Made by a program: the position numbers and the translations under genes. Shown piece by piece: positions 31,335 to 40,875 of a DNA stretch of 64,000 bases. The notes beneath the pieces are model-generated. The model worked only from the letters and a program-made list of their open reading frames with translations. It made no database searches and was not told the origin of the DNA. How positions within the stretch are numbered: position 1 is the first letter of the stretch; every line of letters begins with the position of its first letter. Source of the stretch: Dehalococcoidia bacterium (GTDB taxonomy: Bacteria > Chloroflexota > Dehalococcoidia > Plut-88900); assembly GCA_965207225.1 (NCBI GenBank), contig CBDBLV010000002.1:64001-128000 (forward strand). Direction: 5' to 3'.

Positions 31335-32996
31335 CTACGGGCTCACAGGCCCCCGAGCCACAGTTCGAAGACGGTCCTGTCTACCGTATACGTTGGTGGA
31401 TTGAGCCGGACTTACATACCGCCCAGCAGACTTGGGTGGGCCGGCCAAATCCAGTTCCTCGGAGTCCCCTTCGGGGTTTGGGCTGTCCTTGACGATGGGA
31501 ACCTTATAGTGGATGGTAGCCTTACTGGGCATAACCACGATGTGCCTGACCAAGGTCTGTACGAAGGCCTTTCGATCGGGAAATTTGCTCGCCTCTGGAT
31601 ACTCTGCCGTGCTCAGCGTCTTGGCGGTAATGGTCGCCACACCGTCCCGGGTAGCCCTGCGCTGGGACAGAGTGGCGTTGGCCTCCTGTAGCAAGGCCTC
31701 GAGGCGCGCCCGCTGATCCCTGTTGGCCCTGATCCGTAGAGTGGCGGTGTCGGCCAGGTCGCCGCCGCTGGACTCTATGAAGTCCCAGATCCGGTCAAGT
31801 CGGAGACGTACCTCTTTGAGTTCAGACTCGATGGTCTCGATTCGGCCTCGTTGCTCTTGGATCAACCTATCCAGTTCATTGACCACAACTGTCGTCATAT
31901 CGTCGTTGTCGTCCCTGGTGAGGATGCTGGAACGAATCCTACCAACGATCATCTGCTCGAAGCGGCGAGCATTTAGGCGGGGAGTGTCGCAGGCACCCTT
32001 GCCGCGCTTTATCAGGGACTGACATACGTAGTAGTGAAACCTGCCGCCCTTGGCGTCCTGGCCCGAGAGTAACGTCTCGCATCTGTAACACTTGACCAGT
32101 CCACTTAGTAAATAGGATCTCGCAATCCTTCGGGGGTGGGTGGTCTTAGACGCACGGGAACGCATCCGGCTGTTGACCCGGCGAAACTGGGCCCTGGAGA
32201 CGATGGCGGGGAATGCGTCCTCTACCCGTACCGGGTCGGCGTCGTCCTTGGCCTTGGCGCCCCAGACGAGAGTCCCCGTGTAGACCTCGTTCCTCAGGAT
32301 GAAGTCGACCGCGCTATTGGACCAGAGCTTTCCTGCGGCGCTTGGGATCTCCTCGTCGTTGATGGCGCGAGCGATGTCCAGCATCCCTAATCCGGTCTCG
32401 GCCATGTCGAAGATGCGCCTGACGACGGGCGCCGTAACGGCGTCGGGTTGCAGTCTGGGGCGCTCCTTCTCCCCATCATGGACCATGACCCTCTTGTAGC
32501 CATAGGGCGTCCTGCTGGAGACCCAGAAGCCGCGGGAGGCGGCTTCCCGCATACCTCGCCTGACATCCGTCGCCAGGTCTTCCGAGTAGTACTCATCCAC
32601 GGTTTCGATGATGGCCTCGGTGAGCGTGCCCGCTGGAGTGTCATCGGTCTGTTCCGTTATCGACACCACCGTCACGCCTCGCCTGCGGAGCAAGGACTTG
32701 TAGGCGATGGCCTGCTCGCGATTCCTGGTGAAGCGTGAGAACTTCCAGACCAGGACCTCTCTGAACGGGGCCTCTGGTGACCTGGCCTCATCGATCATCT
32801 TGTTGAATTCGGGCCTGTCGTCGATGAGCCCACTCTTAGCCTCGTCGACGTACTCGCGCACGACCACGTAGTTGTTCTTGTCGGCGTAGACTCTCAGCGC
32901 CCGAAGCTGGGCGGCCACCGAGAGGTCCACATCCTGACGGTCGCTGGACACTCTGGCGTAAAGAGCCACTGGCGTGGGCTCAAGTCGTTCATTCAT
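31335..32996 (-). CDS. Large serine recombinase LSR2
   Basis: YARVSSDRQD, SRFTR, CYRC Zn ribbon. The conserved tail sits out of frame at 31343-31399. Confidence 0.9.
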   Translation of the reverse strand: MNERLEPTPVALYARVSSDRQDVDLSVAAQLRALRVYADKNNYVVVREYVDEAKSGLIDDRPEFNKMIDEARSPEAPFREVLVWKFSRFTRNREQAIAYKSLLRRRGVTVVSITEQTDDTPAGTLTEAIIETVDEYYSEDLATDVRRGMREAASRGFWVSSRTPYGYKRVMVHDGEKERPRLQPDAVTAPVVRRIFDMAETGLGMLDIARAINDEEIPSAAGKLWSNSAVDFILRNEVYTGTLVWGAKAKDDADPVRVEDAFPAIVSRAQFRRVNSRMRSRASKTTHPRRIARSYLLSGLVKCYRCETLLSGQDAKGGRFHYYVCQSLIKRGKGACDTPRLNARRFEQMIVGRIRSSILTRDDNDDMTTVVVNELDRLIQEQRGRIETIESELKEVRLRLDRIWDFIESSGGDLADTATLRIRANRDQRARLEALLQEANATLSQRRATRDGVATITAKTLSTAEYPEASKFPDRKAFVQTLVRHIVVMPSKATIHYKVPIVKDSPNPEGDSEELDLAGPPKSAGRYVSPAQSTNVYGRQDRLRTVARGPVSP

Positions 32997-33143
32997 CTGC
33001 GTATCTTCCATCCGCATAATGTTTGGCCGGGCCCCATGTGGTCTGAGATAGCAACTCGTCTCTACAGCTCAAGTGCTCTTCTCCGCGGAGCCGGCCGCTA
33101 GGAGGCGGACCCATCAGGCATGGCTCAATTCCCCAAATCCCAG

Positions 33144-33425
33144 TCAGACGGTATCAAGGATATCGTCTGCCGCCTCGTAGCCCGCTCTCGTAACTTCGAA
33201 CACCTCTCCCTTGTAACCGATGTCCCTGATGTAGCCAGACTGTGCTAGCTCTTCAAGGCCACCAACCCATTGAGCTATGGTTCTCGGTTTCCGGTCTGGG
33301 ATCATCGTCTTGCCGTTAGTGTCAATCGACAGCCCTCCGAAGGTGCGGGTTAAGCTGATTAGTCCATCGCCGCAGACCGCTTCTCGCAGAATAGATCGAG
33401 CCTCAAATGATGCCGTCGTACCCAT
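33144..33425 (-). CDS. Small wHTH-like hypothetical protein, possibly a fragment
   Basis: LEELAQSGYIRDIGYKGEVFEVTRAGYEAAD wHTH-wing pattern. Confidence 0.4.
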   Translation of the reverse strand: MGTTASFEARSILREAVCGDGLISLTRTFGGLSIDTNGKTMIPDRKPRTIAQWVGGLEELAQSGYIRDIGYKGEVFEVTRAGYEAADDILDTV

Positions 33426-33489
33426 AATCCAACTACCCCCTTCTCAAGTGTCTTCTATGTTATACTCACAATAACCGTCGTGTAACTCA

Positions 33490-34536
33490 ATGCATAGAGC
33501 TTTTACATCTAATGTACATCGAAATAGCGTTGAGAGGATGAAGGTGACGCCAGAGGGAGAACTACAGCCTTTCCAGGCAATGACGCGTGGACCGTTCGCA
33601 GCTCTCCTCCGAGTGCCTGAGGATGGTTTCACCCTACGTGAGGATCTCGTCGTCACAGTTGGCGAGGGCGCTGGGGAGAACACTACCGGACCCTGGTTGG
33701 TCAGACCGGACAGTCTGTACGTGCGCCAGTACCCACCACTAGCCGTTTCTAATCTGCACAGGCGGTTTGCTCGGACAGAACCGATTGCCGAGTCCATCCT
33801 TGCATTTGCCGACAAGTATGGGCTCTTGGGTCACGGGTCATGGCTTGAGGACTCAGGCTCCAGCGGCCAGGCAATGTTGATCGGGGAGTCTGTGGGGTTC
33901 TGGAAGAAGGAGATCGAGCGCATGACCCGACTAATCGCCCTTTGGGAGTTCGTCCTGCGGGGAGGCCGGAGGGAACTGAGCCAGTTGGTCGAGTGGTCTC
34001 CACAGGGCGCAGCGCGACAGGTCCGACTGTATCTAGTGGACATAGACGGAAAGCTCCGACCGGACCTCGCACAGTTCATGCGACAACGCCCTGCCGAGTT
34101 TCGTGATCACTTCCGGCAGAACAAGGATCTGGCCACCCGATTGAGACACTCAGAGGTGAGGGTGATCGCGCACGAGGAGATCGGTAGCGATATAGAGCTG
34201 TTGGAACGATGGAGGCATGGCGATCCAGTAGAGCCGGTCCGCTACTTCGTGCATCGAGAGGTGAACATCAGCCTACGGGGCCACGTCAGTCCCGCCGTAC
34301 TCCCCTTCCGTAAAGGTGAGATCTTCTTCTTTCCAGACTGTCTCTTGAGCTCGCTCTACACACAATTCATGCTGGAGCTCTCGGGGCGTAGCCGCCCTGC
34401 GATGATCTGTAGTCGACCTGGCTGTGGACGCTACTTCGAGCCAACGCACGGCCGGCAGAAGTACTGCGATAAGAGTTGCCAGCAACTGGCCTACTACTAT
34501 CGTAGGAAGGCAGGAGAGAAGGCAAAGACGCGTTAA
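33490..34536 (+). CDS. Hypothetical protein with a C-terminal CGNR-like zinc finger
   Basis: CSRPGCGRYF...QKYCDKSC followed by basic residues. Confidence 0.65.
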   Translation: MHRAFTSNVHRNSVERMKVTPEGELQPFQAMTRGPFAALLRVPEDGFTLREDLVVTVGEGAGENTTGPWLVRPDSLYVRQYPPLAVSNLHRRFARTEPIAESILAFADKYGLLGHGSWLEDSGSSGQAMLIGESVGFWKKEIERMTRLIALWEFVLRGGRRELSQLVEWSPQGAARQVRLYLVDIDGKLRPDLAQFMRQRPAEFRDHFRQNKDLATRLRHSEVRVIAHEEIGSDIELLERWRHGDPVEPVRYFVHREVNISLRGHVSPAVLPFRKGEIFFFPDCLLSSLYTQFMLELSGRSRPAMICSRPGCGRYFEPTHGRQKYCDKSCQQLAYYYRRKAGEKAKTR

Positions 34537-34600
34537 CGGGGCATGAGCGGAACGGCGATGCTCAGGCTGTTCGCCACGGGTTCAGCAACTTACCCGGCCA

Positions 34601-35407
34601 GTGAAGGGAGCTTTCGAGGGAAATATGTCCATGCCTCTAGTCGAGGAGATCCACGCCCTGGAGACCAAACTGGCCTTGATCGACAGACCAGATTGGGGCC
34701 CAGGGCATAGACCCTCTGCCCCGGCCATTATCGAAGCGTCCTTTTGGGCTCGAACCATTCTGGAGATTATCTCTAGTGCCGACCTCGAACAGATGGGACA
34801 TCTAGTCGAGACCTACATCTGCACCGTTCACGGTGTCTCGGACCCCGACCATCCTGGAAGCGCGAAAGCCGTATACGACGACAACAAACGCATTCCGCTG
34901 ATGCAACTACTCGGTTACATCATGCACGTCCGATACTTTTCGTTTGCCATTCACACCGACGGCAACCACTGCTTGGACGTCATGAGCGACCGACACGATC
35001 GCACCCTCGTCTACTATTCGGACTTCGTAAAGGCTCTGAGATCGTTGGTGCTGCCCCAAAGATCCGCAGCCGCCGCTATCTGCGAACTGACGGAACAGGC
35101 CACACAGAAGCAATTAATGGGAACCTCCGGTTACGAAGTGGGTATCTTCTCCTCCGTAAACTTCGGCTGGGTTCTGTCTGGCTTCGTGAAGAACCGCTCC
35201 TCACTGAAACGCCAGATACTCTCAGCGATCTTCAACATCGACCAAGTACCAGATCACGCACTGAACGATGTTTGGTTCTTCGTTAGCAGGACGGGTCCCG
35301 GTAACCAGATGGTGATCGGACTCACTCCTCCATGGGAGGACGACCAAAACGTCTTCTCACCATCTTTCGACAGGACGTTGCTGTACGACATAATCAAGAG
35401 CCATTAG
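34601..35407 (+). CDS. Hypothetical protein
   Basis: 268-aa ORF with globular composition and no recognised motif. Confidence 0.55.
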   Translation: MKGAFEGNMSMPLVEEIHALETKLALIDRPDWGPGHRPSAPAIIEASFWARTILEIISSADLEQMGHLVETYICTVHGVSDPDHPGSAKAVYDDNKRIPLMQLLGYIMHVRYFSFAIHTDGNHCLDVMSDRHDRTLVYYSDFVKALRSLVLPQRSAAAAICELTEQATQKQLMGTSGYEVGIFSSVNFGWVLSGFVKNRSSLKRQILSAIFNIDQVPDHALNDVWFFVSRTGPGNQMVIGLTPPWEDDQNVFSPSFDRTLLYDIIKSH

Positions 35408-35462
35408 CCGCCTACCAGCAAACTTGCTGGTGACCGAACGGCCGATGCGCCCTAGCTCCACA

Positions 35463-37058
35463 CTAAGAGGGCTTCGTGACGCGATTTCTGGCAGGCGTGG
35501 CTGAGCCGCCCAGCACAATCTCCTCGGACTCCGCTTCGGGCATGTGACTGTCGTCGGGCATGGGTACGTTGTAGTGGATCACGGCCTTGCTTGGCATGAC
35601 CACAATCTCCCCGACGAAGGTCTCGGCAAAGGCCTTGCGCTCGGACAACTCGCTCTCCCCTAGAAACTCGCCCATGTCCTGCGCCCGTGCAACGATGGCC
35701 TCCAGGTCGGACTTGACCGACCTGCGCTGGGAAAGGATGGACTGAGCCTCCTCCAACGATGCCTCAAGAAGGCTCCGCCTCTCAGTGTTGGCCTTGATCC
35801 GGATATCCATGTCAGCCGGGACGTCGTCGGTGGTCTCCACAACGTCCCAGAGCCGACCTAGCCGGCGCCGCACGTCAGCCAGTTCAGATTCGATGGTCTC
35901 CAGTCTCCCACGTTGTTCGCGGACCAGGCCATCCAGCTCCTTAGCAACGACTTTCGTCAGATCGCCAATGATGCCTTCGGTTAGGATGCTAGAGCGAATC
36001 GTCCTGACGATCACATCCTCGAAGCGGCGGGCGTTGAGCCTGGGGGTATCGCAGCCGCCGCTCCCACGTTTGATCAGGGACTGGCAGACGTAGTAATGGA
36101 ATCTGCCGCTCTTGGCGTCCTGGCCCGAGAGCAACGTCTTGCATCTGTAGCACTTGACGAGCCCGCTGAACATGTAGGAGCTTCCCACCCTACGGGGATG
36201 GGCGATCCTGGGTGCGCGGGAACGCGTCCTGGCGTTCACCCGGCGGAACAGAGCCTTGGAGACTATGGGCGAGAACGCCCTCTCCACTCGAACCGGCTCA
36301 GCCTCGTCTCCGGCAGCGGTGCCCCAGACGAGAGTCCCTGTGTACACCTCGTTGGTGAGGATGAAGCGGACCGCATTACTGGTCCAGTGCTTGCCGGTGG
36401 CGCTGGAGATGCCCTGGCCGTTGAGGGTGCGGGTGATGTCCAGCATCCCTTTTCCGGTGTCGGCCAGCTCGAAGATCCGTTTGACGACATAGGCCGTTTC
36501 CTCATCGGGTTCCAGCTTGGGCCGCTTCTTGGCACCGTCCTGCACCATGATCCTGTTGTAGCCGTAGGGTGTCCTGCTGGCGACCCAGAAACCCCGGGAA
36601 GCGGCCTCTCGCATCCCGCGCCGGACCTCTTGCGCCAGATTCTCCGAATAGAATTCGTCGACGCTCTCGATGATTCCTTCAAGGAGTTTGCCAGCTGGAG
36701 TGTCGTCGGCGTTCTCAGTTATGGAGACGACCCTGACGCCGCGCCTGCGGAGCATGGACTTATAGGCGACGGCGTGCTCGCGCTTCCTGGTGAACCGTGA
36801 GAACTTCCAGACCAGTATCTCCCGGAATGCGGCATCGGGAGATCTGGCTTCTTCTATCATCTTGTTGAACTGGGGCCGGTCGTCGACCCAGCCGCTCTCG
36901 GCCTCGTCGACGTACTCACGGACGACCACCTGGCCATTCTTCTCGGCGTGGTCCCTCAGCGCCCGCAACTGGGCTGCGACCGACAGGTCCACGTCCTGAC
37001 GGTCGCTGGAGACCCTGGCGTAGAGGGCCACCGGTGTGGGTTCGGGTCTTTCACTCAT
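35463..37058 (-). CDS. Large serine recombinase LSR3
   Basis: MSERPEPTPVALYARVSS, SRFTR, FYSENL, CYRC. Confidence 0.92.
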   Translation of the reverse strand: MSERPEPTPVALYARVSSDRQDVDLSVAAQLRALRDHAEKNGQVVVREYVDEAESGWVDDRPQFNKMIEEARSPDAAFREILVWKFSRFTRKREHAVAYKSMLRRRGVRVVSITENADDTPAGKLLEGIIESVDEFYSENLAQEVRRGMREAASRGFWVASRTPYGYNRIMVQDGAKKRPKLEPDEETAYVVKRIFELADTGKGMLDITRTLNGQGISSATGKHWTSNAVRFILTNEVYTGTLVWGTAAGDEAEPVRVERAFSPIVSKALFRRVNARTRSRAPRIAHPRRVGSSYMFSGLVKCYRCKTLLSGQDAKSGRFHYYVCQSLIKRGSGGCDTPRLNARRFEDVIVRTIRSSILTEGIIGDLTKVVAKELDGLVREQRGRLETIESELADVRRRLGRLWDVVETTDDVPADMDIRIKANTERRSLLEASLEEAQSILSQRRSVKSDLEAIVARAQDMGEFLGESELSERKAFAETFVGEIVVMPSKAVIHYNVPMPDDSHMPEAESEEIVLGGSATPARNRVTKPS

Positions 37059-37195
37059 CTTGGGTTCCTTCCACTGTTCGTGCTGTTCGGTCACGGCAGC
37101 CCATGGAACGGTTCCCGTGCAGCCATTCCGCCTAACAGGCATCTTGGGATGCGACAAATGTGGTGGTGGAAATTGCCGAGAAGAGGCTTCCGCGA

Positions 37196-37550
37196 TTGGG
37201 ACATTCAAGCGGCCGCTGCGGATTTTCGGCATGGACGGCCGCCAGAGACAGGACGTCGAGGTGGTCGTGGGCACCGGTGCCTTCTACACCACGTTGCCCG
37301 TTGGCCTGTTGCGCAGCCTGGGAATAGAGCCGAGGGGCAAACGCAGGTCCCACAAGCCGGTGGGCGGGGGATCGATCTGGACTATGGCCAGGCCTGGGTT
37401 TCGATAGACGGCAAGAGCGAGATCACCCAGGTGGTATTCGGAGAGGACGATTCTCCGGCCCTGCCGGGGACATACAGCCTTGATTGTGTGGCCCTGGAGG
37501 TGGACCACATCGAACAGCGGCTGGCCCCCAAGACCCTGATCTTGTACTAG
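37196..37550 (+). pseudogene. Degenerate clan AA (retropepsin-like) aspartic protease
   Basis: VVGTGAFYTTLP (DTG changed to GTG), a frameshift near 37370, then PALPGTYSLD..LEVD. Confidence 0.65.
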
Positions 37551-37649
37551 GGCCAGCGCCCTTTCCCGTTTGCGACTCCACCCGGCCTCCTCTGCGCTCC
37601 GCGTCGGCCCTCCCCGACGATACCGGCGCCTCTTCAGCTCGACTCCTTC

Positions 37650-37850
37650 CTAACACCCTGAAGTGTCACTCGCATCCCCTTCCGAGTCTTCTTCATTCGG
37701 TCTCGGCGGCTGTGCAACCCTGGGCTTAGGCGCCTGCTCTCTCAGGTGAGCGCGGAGAGCGACCTTCGCCAGGATGCTCAGTCCCTGCCGGATTGTCTTT
37801 TGTTGAGTTGCGGAGTACGACTGCCACTCCGACGTCTTATCATCTTCCAT
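37650..37850 (-). CDS. Small protein upstream of LSR3
   Basis: Starts immediately after the E1 stop. Amphipathic helix QGLSILAKVALRAHLR. Confidence 0.45.
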   Translation of the reverse strand: MEDDKTSEWQSYSATQQKTIRQGLSILAKVALRAHLREQAPKPRVAQPPRPNEEDSEGDASDTSGC

Positions 37851-39266
37851 TCATCTACTCATGTAGGCCGTTGATGGGCCAGGCTCCAGCGTAGCGGCTG
37901 TCGTACCTGGGTTGAATGGCGGACCATCACTACACACCACCGCCTGGCGCAGCTCAAGAGAGCGTAGGCTCCCATCTACAAGCTCGTATCGAGGTCCGCC
38001 CGATCCCAGCCTTATGAGCTCGGCGATGACCACTGCCGCCGTGACTGCACCCACAAATGACGCACCAACGGTGCGGCCAGCCAACGTGATGATTCCACAA
38101 TCGTCGACTCCGTCTTGAGCTAGTGCGCGGTAGGCGGGATTCTCGGCCACGGCATCCGCATCGGGCCGGTGTCCTTCCGTCCCCCAGCGATGCCTTGCTG
38201 TTCGGCTGGCCGGGAACGTGTGGGTCTGAAATGCGAGGTATTCCTGGGTGCCGGCACCCAGGCCAGCTTCAATGACGCGGTCAAACCCAACAACTTCGAG
38301 GTCCGCTCGGGCAAGAGCATTGTCTACGCCACACAGAGCAACACGTGGCTCATCCCCTGCAACCACAAAGTCGCCCGCGAATTTCCGCTCCACTATGGAA
38401 GTGCGGAACCCGCGTAGTTCACACCAAGCCGCCATCGCTCGGGTCTTCTTCGCCCCCAGGATCGCCCGCGCTGTGAGGAGCGAGGTGCTGTCATTGGCCT
38501 CGACGAGCTCATCAAAATCCTGGAGTACGAGGTTGACCTCCTCAGGGGACTCATAGGGCAGGAGACCGAGTGTCCAAAGAAACGCTTGGCCCAGGTGGCC
38601 GAGCCCGATAATCCAGGCACTTGCCGGCAGTCGTTCTAGTTTGGGTCCCAGCTCATCAGCGTCTAGCCAGTTGATGGCCTTATCCGGCTGCCACAGCGAC
38701 AGTCCAACATCTCGTCGCCCAGCCACGGCGTTATCGCCGCGCACGAACTGGAATGCCTCTGAAACCCCGAGTGCTCCCGCGAGAACTCCTGCCGGAATGC
38801 ACTCTTGCCGCTCCGGGAGTTGAAGACCTTGATGCAGAGGTGCAACGCCCGCACGCCAGCCATCAAACGTCGCGCGCACAGCGAACTCAGCATCCGTAGG
38901 CGGCGGGGACTTACCCCCCATCACGATGCGCGGAATGCCAGGAGCGCAGTCAGCAATGACCCCTCCTAGATCTACAATGGCTTCCCGCAGGGTGCGGCAA
39001 CGTCCCCAGGACACCAACAGGGGCACATCAAGCGTACCCTCGACACTCACTCCGCCCAGAAAGCTGCGACGGCCTGTGTTTACCGCTGTCAGCAACGCTG
39101 CCTGCATCGTTGGTGAGTGGGCGACACTGCCCCCCACCACGATGCCGAGTCGATAGCTGTCGAAGAGGCGCCGTGCCTCTTCGAGGCTTCCCGCCTCTCC
39201 CGTATCTAGGACGAGCTTGAGGTGTCTGTGCAACTCATCTGGTCCTATGACTGCGTTCTTTGTCAT
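37851..39266 (-). CDS. E1/ThiF-family enzyme (type I BilD-like)
   Basis: IGLGHLG, QDFD..VEANDSTS, CGVDN, EAGLG, DDCG candidate catalytic Cys. ATGA overlap with the JAB stop. Confidence 0.85.
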   Translation of the reverse strand: MTKNAVIGPDELHRHLKLVLDTGEAGSLEEARRLFDSYRLGIVVGGSVAHSPTMQAALLTAVNTGRRSFLGGVSVEGTLDVPLLVSWGRCRTLREAIVDLGGVIADCAPGIPRIVMGGKSPPPTDAEFAVRATFDGWRAGVAPLHQGLQLPERQECIPAGVLAGALGVSEAFQFVRGDNAVAGRRDVGLSLWQPDKAINWLDADELGPKLERLPASAWIIGLGHLGQAFLWTLGLLPYESPEEVNLVLQDFDELVEANDSTSLLTARAILGAKKTRAMAAWCELRGFRTSIVERKFAGDFVVAGDEPRVALCGVDNALARADLEVVGFDRVIEAGLGAGTQEYLAFQTHTFPASRTARHRWGTEGHRPDADAVAENPAYRALAQDGVDDCGIITLAGRTVGASFVGAVTAAVVIAELIRLGSGGPRYELVDGSLRSLELRQAVVCSDGPPFNPGTTAATLEPGPSTAYMSR

Positions 39267-39793
39267 GCCCATACTCCTGTATAGAAGAAACGTCCCCAAC
39301 CGGCTGCCCTGTAATTGCGCCACCTGTGACTGCCGAGATACTCGTAGACGCCCACGTCCCGCATCCTGAAGTCAATCGCGAAGTTCGGCACGATCAGCGC
39401 CACGTGACCAGCCTGCGCGATCATCGGGTTGTCCCTGTCAAGCGGGCTCTGCCGCGCCGGTCCGGAGCCGCCGTGCGTGTGCAAATCGGCAAGCACCCTC
39501 AGACCGGTCTCCCGACAGAGCTGCCACAACGGTCCGAAACCCGCTCCATCAAAGACCACAATGCCGGAGTCAAGGCAGGCTGGGTCGAAATCGTCGTAGT
39601 ACGCGAATCTCACCACATGGCCACGCAGGCCATCTCTGTAGCCGAGCAGGAACGCGCCACTTTCGTGGCGACCTTCTCCGCGTCTGGCGACCTCAGTAAG
39701 CCCCTGCCGCCAAACCGCCCTGGGGCACCTCAGTCTATGCCTAGGCGCCGTTAGGGCCCGAATAGTCGCTCGAATTGAGAAGGTCATGGACAA
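39263..39793 (-). CDS. JAB/MPN peptidase (type I BilC-like)
   Basis: ESGAFLLG...ADLHTH..QSPLD. Confidence 0.88.
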   Translation of the reverse strand: MSMTFSIRATIRALTAPRHRLRCPRAVWRQGLTEVARRGEGRHESGAFLLGYRDGLRGHVVRFAYYDDFDPACLDSGIVVFDGAGFGPLWQLCRETGLRVLADLHTHGGSGPARQSPLDRDNPMIAQAGHVALIVPNFAIDFRMRDVGVYEYLGSHRWRNYRAAGWGRFFYTGVWA

Positions 39794-40229
39794 TCCTCAA
39801 GTAGTGTGTGATGTCGCTCTCTGGCGACCAGATCATCGAGGGGTGTTGCGTCCGCCACCCGTCGTGGCCCTCGATGGAGAGGCGGTCACAAGGTAGATAG
39901 AGGCACCGGCCGTTGTTCCATCCAGGATTGAAGGCCTTGGATACACGTTTCGTTCCACTTGGCCAGCGCTCCGGTGGCAGTGGAGCATCTTCTTCAGCAT
40001 CCCATGGCTGAGCTGTTGGGGGCGACTGAGGATAGTTCGTGCACTCGAAGCGCAGCGCATACTCAGTTGGACCACCCTCCCTCCCAGCCGCCTGGACAGC
40101 GATTACGGCGTGGGGCCAGTTTATGGAGAGCAGGCGCCACCGGCCGCGGTCGAAGCCACTCTGGAACGGTCCGGCTTCGAGGTGGGCCCGAAACACCTGC
40201 TCGTCCACTCCCATTGTCTGCGCGGACAA
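39741..40229 (-). CDS. E2 enzyme (type I BilB-like)
   Basis: FECTNYPQSPP..WD, FNPGW, LYLPCDR, H..W. Confidence 0.8.
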   Translation of the reverse strand: MSAQTMGVDEQVFRAHLEAGPFQSGFDRGRWRLLSINWPHAVIAVQAAGREGGPTEYALRFECTNYPQSPPTAQPWDAEEDAPLPPERWPSGTKRVSKAFNPGWNNGRCLYLPCDRLSIEGHDGWRTQHPSMIWSPESDITHYLRIVHDLLNSSDYSGPNGA

Positions 40230-40232
40230 GCC

Positions 40233-40754
40233 CTAACCCTCCACCCGCTGCTTCGCAACCAGGTCAAAGCAGAGGGTCCCGTCCGGGAATTTCACGAGCG
40301 TGCCGATATGCACCTCTTCGTCAGGCTGGTCGCCTGAGTTGCAGACCTTGAGCACATGCTCGGCGGCGTCAACGGGCGACAGGTTGTACTGGTCCTTCCC
40401 GGTCGCCCATTCCTTCACCCGGTCAACCGTCGCCGATGGGGCGAAGAACCCCTTCTTCTGGTCCTGGTTGTAGTTGACCGTGACCTCGACGCTCTTGCAG
40501 CGGTGTATGTGCACGCGGCTGCGGGGAGTGAGGCCGGCCTCATCGATCTTCACGTCCAGTTCCAGGGTGACGTCGGTGTTTTCGATGAAGACGCACACCT
40601 CTGTGTCCTCAGGCCCGCTCAGGCCATGTTCGCGGGCTATCTTGACGATATCCGCCACGGTGTCCTTCGGGCCGAGTTTCACAAGGGTGATCTTCGGGAT
40701 GCCCTCTCCCTGGATGAAGATCTCAATCTGGTCCGGCGCATTGAGCTGAGTCAT
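40233..40754 (-). CDS. ISG15-like ubiquitin-like protein with two Ubl domains (type I BilA-like)
   Basis: 173 aa with two beta-grasp-like halves, ending RVEG. First gene before E2-JAB-E1. Confidence 0.8.
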   Translation of the reverse strand: MTQLNAPDQIEIFIQGEGIPKITLVKLGPKDTVADIVKIAREHGLSGPEDTEVCVFIENTDVTLELDVKIDEAGLTPRSRVHIHRCKSVEVTVNYNQDQKKGFFAPSATVDRVKEWATGKDQYNLSPVDAAEHVLKVCNSGDQPDEEVHIGTLVKFPDGTLCFDLVAKQRVEG

Positions 40755-40875
40755 TCGACTGTCCTTTCTCCCACAGCGGTGGGACTCTCTGGAGTGGGCG
40801 TCGTTTGATGCCCCTACTAAGACAATCGGAGAAGAAGGGACAGACCGGAAATGGCCGTGCCAGCGGCAGTGACGG

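Noticed and set aside
35408-35470. att site or displaced tail next to LSR3
   Set aside because: Neither the GGCCCACCA core nor an FE(L/M)WLGGL tail was found there, so the boundary of this element is undetermined.
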